A stretch of 64,000 nucleotides of DNA, from assembly GCF_009914755.1 (NCBI RefSeq), contig NC_060925.1; one strand, 5' to 3'. Of the stretch, positions 57,620 through 64,000 are shown in pieces; within the stretch, counting starts at the first letter, position 1; each line of letters begins with the position of its first letter. Made by a program: the position numbers and the translations under genes. The stretch is from the human T2T-CHM13v2.0 reference genome, Homo sapiens. The notes under the pieces are model-generated. The model did not search any database and had not been told where the DNA came from. It saw only the letters and a program-made list of their open reading frames with translations.

Positions 57620-59760
57620 AGAGAGACAACTGGGCCAACTGTTGAGGTTCAAATCTTAGTTCCATTTATAAGCTGTGTGACTTTGTGAAAATTTTTAAAT
57701 CCCACCGAATCTCAATTTTGTCATCTATAAAATAATAAAAATTGTAATAACGTCTTCATAGAGCTGTTTTGAAGAATAAATTACATAATATATATAAAAG
57801 GCGAGGACATAATAAAAATTGTAGAAGTGTTTGCTGTTATAATTTGTACTGCCCTCAAGGACAATTGATTTCAGAGTGAGCATTTATGTAGTTTACTTTG
57901 ACATTGCCTTCTATGTTCTTGTGTGTTTAGTGATGCAATTAAAACCAATTTTTAAATTGGAGACAAAAGCATGATGCCTATGATGACAGAACTTTATCCT
58001 CTGAAACCTTAAGAGGACCATACATGTCCCCTCCTTTTTCTCTTTTCCTAACAGCTGTCATTTAGCAGTGTCATAATGTTGATGAAGATTACTTTGACCC
58101 CAAAGGAAAAAAAGCCTCAAAAGGCTGACATCAATATATTTAAGATTTTTTTTTTTTGAGAAGCAAAATGTCCATGGATTTTAATTACAATATCTGAACT
58201 CAAGTTTATTGGTGAAAAGGAGGCAGAGATGTACTTCGCATGACTAAATCCTTGAAGAAAAAAGGAATTTTTAATGAGCAAGAGAGTGTGGAACATATGC
58301 TAAATAACTGGAATTTTGAATAATTGAGTTTAATTCTGTTTGTCTTTCTCCCCCTAATCATTTGACTCCTCTAGGACAGCGACTGTTACACAATTAATTG
58401 TTAGAACTAAGTCCACAATAAACTCCCTGATAATAGCTCTAGCTGGCAATAAAACAGAAATTGGGTTATAATACTCATTCGTGCTCACTGTGTATGCAAA
58501 AAGAAAATGTAGTTTTAATTTGCTTACATTAATTAAAATATAATGAATTAAGTGGATAACAAATTCATTAGAAATTGAACCTTGATTGTCTAATTGTTAA
58601 CAGTTTTAACACCATCCAGAAGAAAAAAAATTAGTAAATCAAGAATTTCAAGGATTTAGGAGGTGAGAGATTGATTTTTATAACCTACATATAAATGAAC
58701 CACCAACAAATTTATGCTTTACTAAAATAAGTGTACAATGTTAATGAAGTTAATATACTAATAAATACATGGGACACACCTATTTAAAAATAACATCTTT
58801 ACACATGGATTAGGGTCCTCTGAGAATATTTGCATAATTCAATCAGAAACTGAAGTACTAAAAGGATCTAGGGTTATATGTAGAGATGTGTAATTTAAAG
58901 AGAAGAAATGGAAAAAATAAAGTTGATTATTTGATGTTATTTTAGTTTTTTCAGAAAAGCTAAAAATTTCTTCTGAAAATGTTTTAATTTTAGTTGAATT
59001 TTTTATGTTTTCTCCAAGTCTTCCTATCTTCATAGCTATGTTTTTCTGCTTCATAATGCATTCAATATGTTCCTAGTGGATTCATATTAAATAACTCAGT
59101 ACCTAGCATGTGTCAGGCATTTATTTTTACCAAGAGAATTAATAACATTCACCAAAGAGGGCCATTCTCCTTTCTGAAAGTGTCAGCTACTGTTACTGGA
59201 ATGAGTAGGATCACTCATTCATAGAGTGATTTCCACGTGCAGACACTGAGGCAGGGGCTTCATGTACACTGTGTACTTTAACCCTTGTAACTCTGAAGCT
59301 AGGTGCTGTCCTCTCTATTTTGTACATAAAGGAAGAGAAGCTCAAGCTGAATAAATAACTTATCCAGTGTCACGTAGTTTAAAAAGGATGTAATACATTA
59401 AAAATAAAGTCTCTGCGACATGAAAGTTCCCATTTTCAGTTATTATTGAGAAGTGACAATGCAGCAATTACCAAAAGAACCATCTCTGGATTATTTTTGC
59501 CTAAGAAAACTAGTATCAGTACAGACTGATGCTATGAGAACACAGAGGAAGTCCAACCAATTAGGTGTAAGTCTCAAACCATTTGCTTTATACAATTGTA
59601 GCTTTGAGCAAGCTCCTCAACTTCCTAAAACATTGGTTTTCCCTAATTAAAAAACAAGGACATTAATACTAATAATATTCCAGGGAGTTTGGATGTATTA
59701 GATGATACAACTCATGGGAAAGACTTGGCACAGTGCCTAGCTTATAATGTGTATAAGCTA
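57620..59760. mobile_element. MIR fragments (~57620-57840 +, 59240-59390 -, 59510-59760 +)
   Basis: MIR core motifs agctgtgtgactttg, tcatctataaaat, ttggcacagtgcctagc. Confidence 0.6.
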
Positions 59761-60023
59761 ATATTAGTGTCAAAGCCAGAGAAAATTGATCAGAAAAATA
59801 AACATTCAGCTATAACACATATAAGGATAAACACTTAATTTTTAAGGGTTGTTAATATTCATTCCTAGATATAACATTTGGGGTTCCTTTTGTAACCCAT
59901 ATATTATTTCATTGGTTTCAAAATTATGAATATTCATAGCTTGAGTCTATGGTAGTAAATGTGTGTATCTGTGTGAATAAATCTTTATTAGATTTTTAAG
60001 TGTAATTTGCAACGTGTGTGTGC

Positions 60024-60026
<3 letters not shown>

Positions 60027-60068
<42 letters not shown>
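60027..60068. repeat. (TA)21 preceded by (GT)n
   Basis: Direct reading. Confidence 0.97.
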
Positions 60069-60071
<3 letters not shown>

Positions 60072-61269
60072 TCTAAGTCTTTTTTGAAGAATCTGTTCCA
60101 TTAGTGCTTAGACACAAAGTTACATATACAACAATGTTCCTGGAAGTATTACTTTCTATAGAAAAACCGTAGAAAACAATCTAAAGGATCATGAGTAGTT
60201 ACTCTATTAAATAAATTATAGTTCACCAAGATATGATATTCCAGAAAACCTTTAAAATTGACACGCAAATAGCTCTAATTTATAATGTTAAGAGTTAATC
60301 ACAAGTAGCAGAGCAATATATATGGTATGTTCCCATTGTTGGCAAAAAAGTATGTGATTACATTTAGTATGTGTGCATGTAAATGCATATAATGTTGAAT
60401 TTCATACTGTTCACAGGTATCATCTCTGGGAAAGGGGGTGAGTCCTGCAGTAAAGGGATTGAAGACCTTTCAAGTTTATATATATATACTTTTTATTGTT
60501 GGATTCTTTTTGATAAAATGGTGTTATAATTTACTTCTGTAGTAAAAATATCTATTTTTATAATGTTCCTAAAATTCACCTTACGAGAATAAGCATCATC
60601 AGAATATATGATGTGACATTTTTATATATGAGTGATACATACAGTGATTCTATCCTCTGTACATTACAAAGAACATGTTTGGTTCTGTGTCCAATATTTT
60701 AGATAAAAGATCTACAAACACAACAGAGTGAATAGGATGATCTCTCTTGATCTGTCTTTCTCACACACATATCATATATATCTATATAGTGATTAAAAGA
60801 AATCCTATAAATGGTCATCAAATATTTGAAGGATAATCATGAAAAAAAGGGCCTATCCTATGTAGCAAATTGGAACGAACAATTCAGCATACACGATTGG
60901 TTTTATTATTCTTATTTTTATAATTAATTTATTGTAAATTCAGCAATGAAAGCAGCTACAATGGAACTTCCCTATTCCTTGAATCTTGATGGCTACTTGA
61001 CAGCAAGATGCAACAGAAAGACTTCTCTGTACTACAGGAAATATTGGATTAGTTTTTCTCTTCCAATTCAAAATCTGGGGATACTATAACTTATTCTTGG
61101 TAGTTTAAGAGCAATTTTATATGCTCTATAGTTTTCCAACAGATACCAGTGATTAACTTAGAAAAGAAGCAAGTATGAGTTAACTTTTAAGATTAAATAT
61201 GTTAAATATAAATGCTCCTCTTTTGAGTGCTTTCTAATTGACAGATAGTTTCCTATTTATTTTTGCATA

Positions 61270-61460
61270 CATTGTGCTGGTCACATTACTATGAAATAGA
61301 TATTTCTGTCTCTATTTTTATAGATGTGTAAACTGAGATTCAGCAGGGATAAATGCCACATCCTCAAGATCACTCTGTTAGAAAGTATGGGTCCGGTATT
61401 TGAATCCAGGCCTACCTGACTCCCAACACCATGCTCTTAACCACAATGCTATGCTGCTTC
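61270..61460 (-). mobile_element. MIR
   Basis: tttttatagatgtgtaaactgagattcag...tttgaatccaggcctacctgactccc...gctcttaaccac. Confidence 0.8.
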
Positions 61461-61651
61461 CTGATTTTAAGTGTCTGGATATAAATTAAGCTTTAGAAAG
61501 AAGAGTTAATAATAATAATTGTTATAATTAATAAAGATATATTATCCAGGTATGATAAAACCATAAAAATCAACATTATAGAAAAATAGACATTATATTA
61601 ATTGTTGGATAAAAATTAAATTAGAAGTAGAATAGCTAGTAATTGTATAAC

Positions 61652-61797
61652 TAGAGTAACCATATAGCCCAGTTTGCCCAAGAGAGTCCCAGTTTATTAT
61701 ACCTGTATTTATTTGTAATTACATAATGTAACAATAGCTATCTTCCTTTGGTCTAAAAGTATCCCAGTTCAGATGATAAATTATAAAATCATACTAG
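61652..61797. mobile_element. MER94-like hAT MITE (a second fragment at ~22530-22595)
   Basis: agagtaaccatatagcccagtttgcccaagagagtcccagttta...gtatcccagttcagatgataaattata. Confidence 0.6.
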
Positions 61798-64000
61798 CTA
61801 TAACTAAAGATAATTATGTCCAAGAATAATAGGACAAAGACAATTACAGAAGCAAAGTGAAATTTGTTTTAGAACCAAAACCAAATTTATGAGGAGCTTA
61901 GAAACTCACTATACTGTCCAAGACTCAAAAGATGGCATGAAGAGCTAAATGTCTTTAAATTTGTCACTAGAGAGAAAAATATATGGCATTTACTAGGCAT
62001 AATTAGTCTATATGTATGTTCTTTCTATTTTCAACCTGTAGGTGGCCACCACAAGCTACACTTATTAAACAACTCATTAGTAGCATTTTCAATACTGTCA
62101 TCTTCAGATAATTAGCAATTTATTTAAATAACCAATTTCTGTAGAAATAATTGCCATGAAATGCCCTGAACCTACTTTTTATAAACTATAATAAAAGTGT
62201 TAAGATAATCCCTGACATTTGCAAATGCCATTAGTTCACCTTTCCTTTTGATAGTGCTATGGCATTATGTTTAAACAATTACCCGACAACACAGCAGTTT
62301 AATGAAACAGTACAGTGAGCACATTCTTCAATATGGCCAGAGAGGACATTCAGATTTAGAAAGAAATCCAGTGCGCAGAGAGGTTTACCCAGAGGAAAAA
62401 CACAGCTAAAAGAAAAAGAATTACTGAATTAAGGACATTATTGCTATTTCCAAGTTGGTTTAGTTTCCATGGTAGATGCCGTATCATATGTACTCTCTTT
62501 GGAAACAAGAAAGGAGAGTTTTACAAGTTGATTTATGTGATAGGCTGGTGTGAACTATAATCATATATATCTACGAATATGTATAATACCTTCATTGTAT
62601 TATTTGCTCTAAAACCTTGATGCAGGAACAAGTAGTAAATTTTTCTTACTATCAACCTTAAATGTACTTTTACTTTAAAAATGGTGTGCACTTTCAAAGT
62701 AGAGTTATTGAGGAAACGCACAAATGGTTTTACATCGCAGCTAGTATTTATCATTTAAAATAGACCAGAGTTCTAACTCAGGTTCTTCCTTGCTATTCAG
62801 TTCCTTATACTACTAAGATCCATTGATGTGGGATTATACAGTGTGTCTTGGTTGCGAGTGGTAAAACTATTTGAAGCCTTTATAATTTTTAAGCTGGTGT
62901 CCACTTCATATGAAAAAATAAAATTAGAATTCAAAGCCAGTGGCAATATTATTTTTATGGTTAGACTGAAATAACTTGAGAACCTATTAAGTACCAGTTG
63001 CTCTGCTAAATTATTCACTCGTTATTTATATCCTCACGACATCATTACAAGTCACATATACATTATCTCCATTTTACAGACATGGAAATTCAGGCTCAAG
63101 GAATTAAATAGTATGTGCATGTAAGAAAGGCAGGGCCGTGTGGTTAGATAATGCATTACAACAATAAGACAATTAGTCTGCAATATCACCATAAAATTCA
63201 CTGCCGGGTTTGAATGTGAGGACTTTTCTTTATTTCCAGATTAACACATGCCTCAATCTCTCCAAATAAGAGCTTCTGGCAATGCTTTTTGCCTATAATT
63301 TTAAAGGTTTACCTATAAGTATAAATAGAAGAACTATTTAAAAAAGACATATTTCCCCAGCCAAGAAATTATTCTCACCTATGACAGACTTAGTGGACTT
63401 GAAGTAATATTTCTCATGTGATTTTGCTTAAGGATGTCCAGAGCAAATGTTACACAGCATAAAAATCTCACCATTCTATGTGTTTTCAAAAATGATTATT
63501 TGAGTAGGAGAAGGAGGAAGATTATAATGACAATGATAATGCCGATGACCGGAGTTTCATTTTACTCTTGGGAGAATCCAGGATAACAAGTGGGCATTAT
63601 TCTGAGAACATACAGAAAAATAAAAAAGAGGTTCCACATCCATTAGGATCCTATTACTTCTTCCTTTGGAAAATCACAATTTCTTTTCTCTCTGAAATCC
63701 TGTGCTCTGTTTACTCTGTGGGTGGTTCTATGGCCAGGGTGTCCATGGCAGCACTTGCTGTACTGTAAAACCATTCCTTTCACTCTCAGCAACGCATTCT
63801 CTTTCACTTTACAAAGAATTACATGTGTTAATCTCTATGCTCTGTGATAAGGCTGTGTCCCTCAGAGTCTACTGAAACACAGGCTGTACAGCAGTTGATG
63901 GCATTTTGTTCTCTTCTTTGGCCTGTACAACTCTCAAAGATGTGGTGTGGACAAGGACATCTCTACCTGGGCCCTTATCTGAACCCTCTGAATCAATGCT

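Overview
Human (or near-human primate) genomic DNA from inside DPYD (dihydropyrimidine dehydrogenase, chr1p21), with the gene on the minus strand. Only two coding exons lie in the 64 kb. Exon 19 (52759-52901, 143 nt) encodes [48 protein letters not shown]. Exon 20 (11027-11206, 180 nt) encodes [60 protein letters not shown]. Both have canonical AG/GT ends and are separated by a ~41.5 kb intron; neither appears in the ORF track. The rest is AT-rich intron filled with L1 (PA/PB/MA/MC/ME), 10 Alus, MaLR LTRs, MIR/L2, MER DNA transposons and microsatellites. I see no foreign, prokaryotic or CRISPR-like system and no new gene. The most interesting signals concern splicing of this pharmacogene: a recursive-splice-type site (TAG|GTGAGT) deep in intron 19, exon 20 starting with a 5' splice-site motif and sitting between inverted Alus, and a competing donor behind the weak exon 19 donor. 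There are also several readable retrotransposition and repair scars: twin-primed L1 inversions, 3' transductions and a templated insertion copied from 5.6 kb away. Repeat subfamily names and exon numbering are from memory and approximate.
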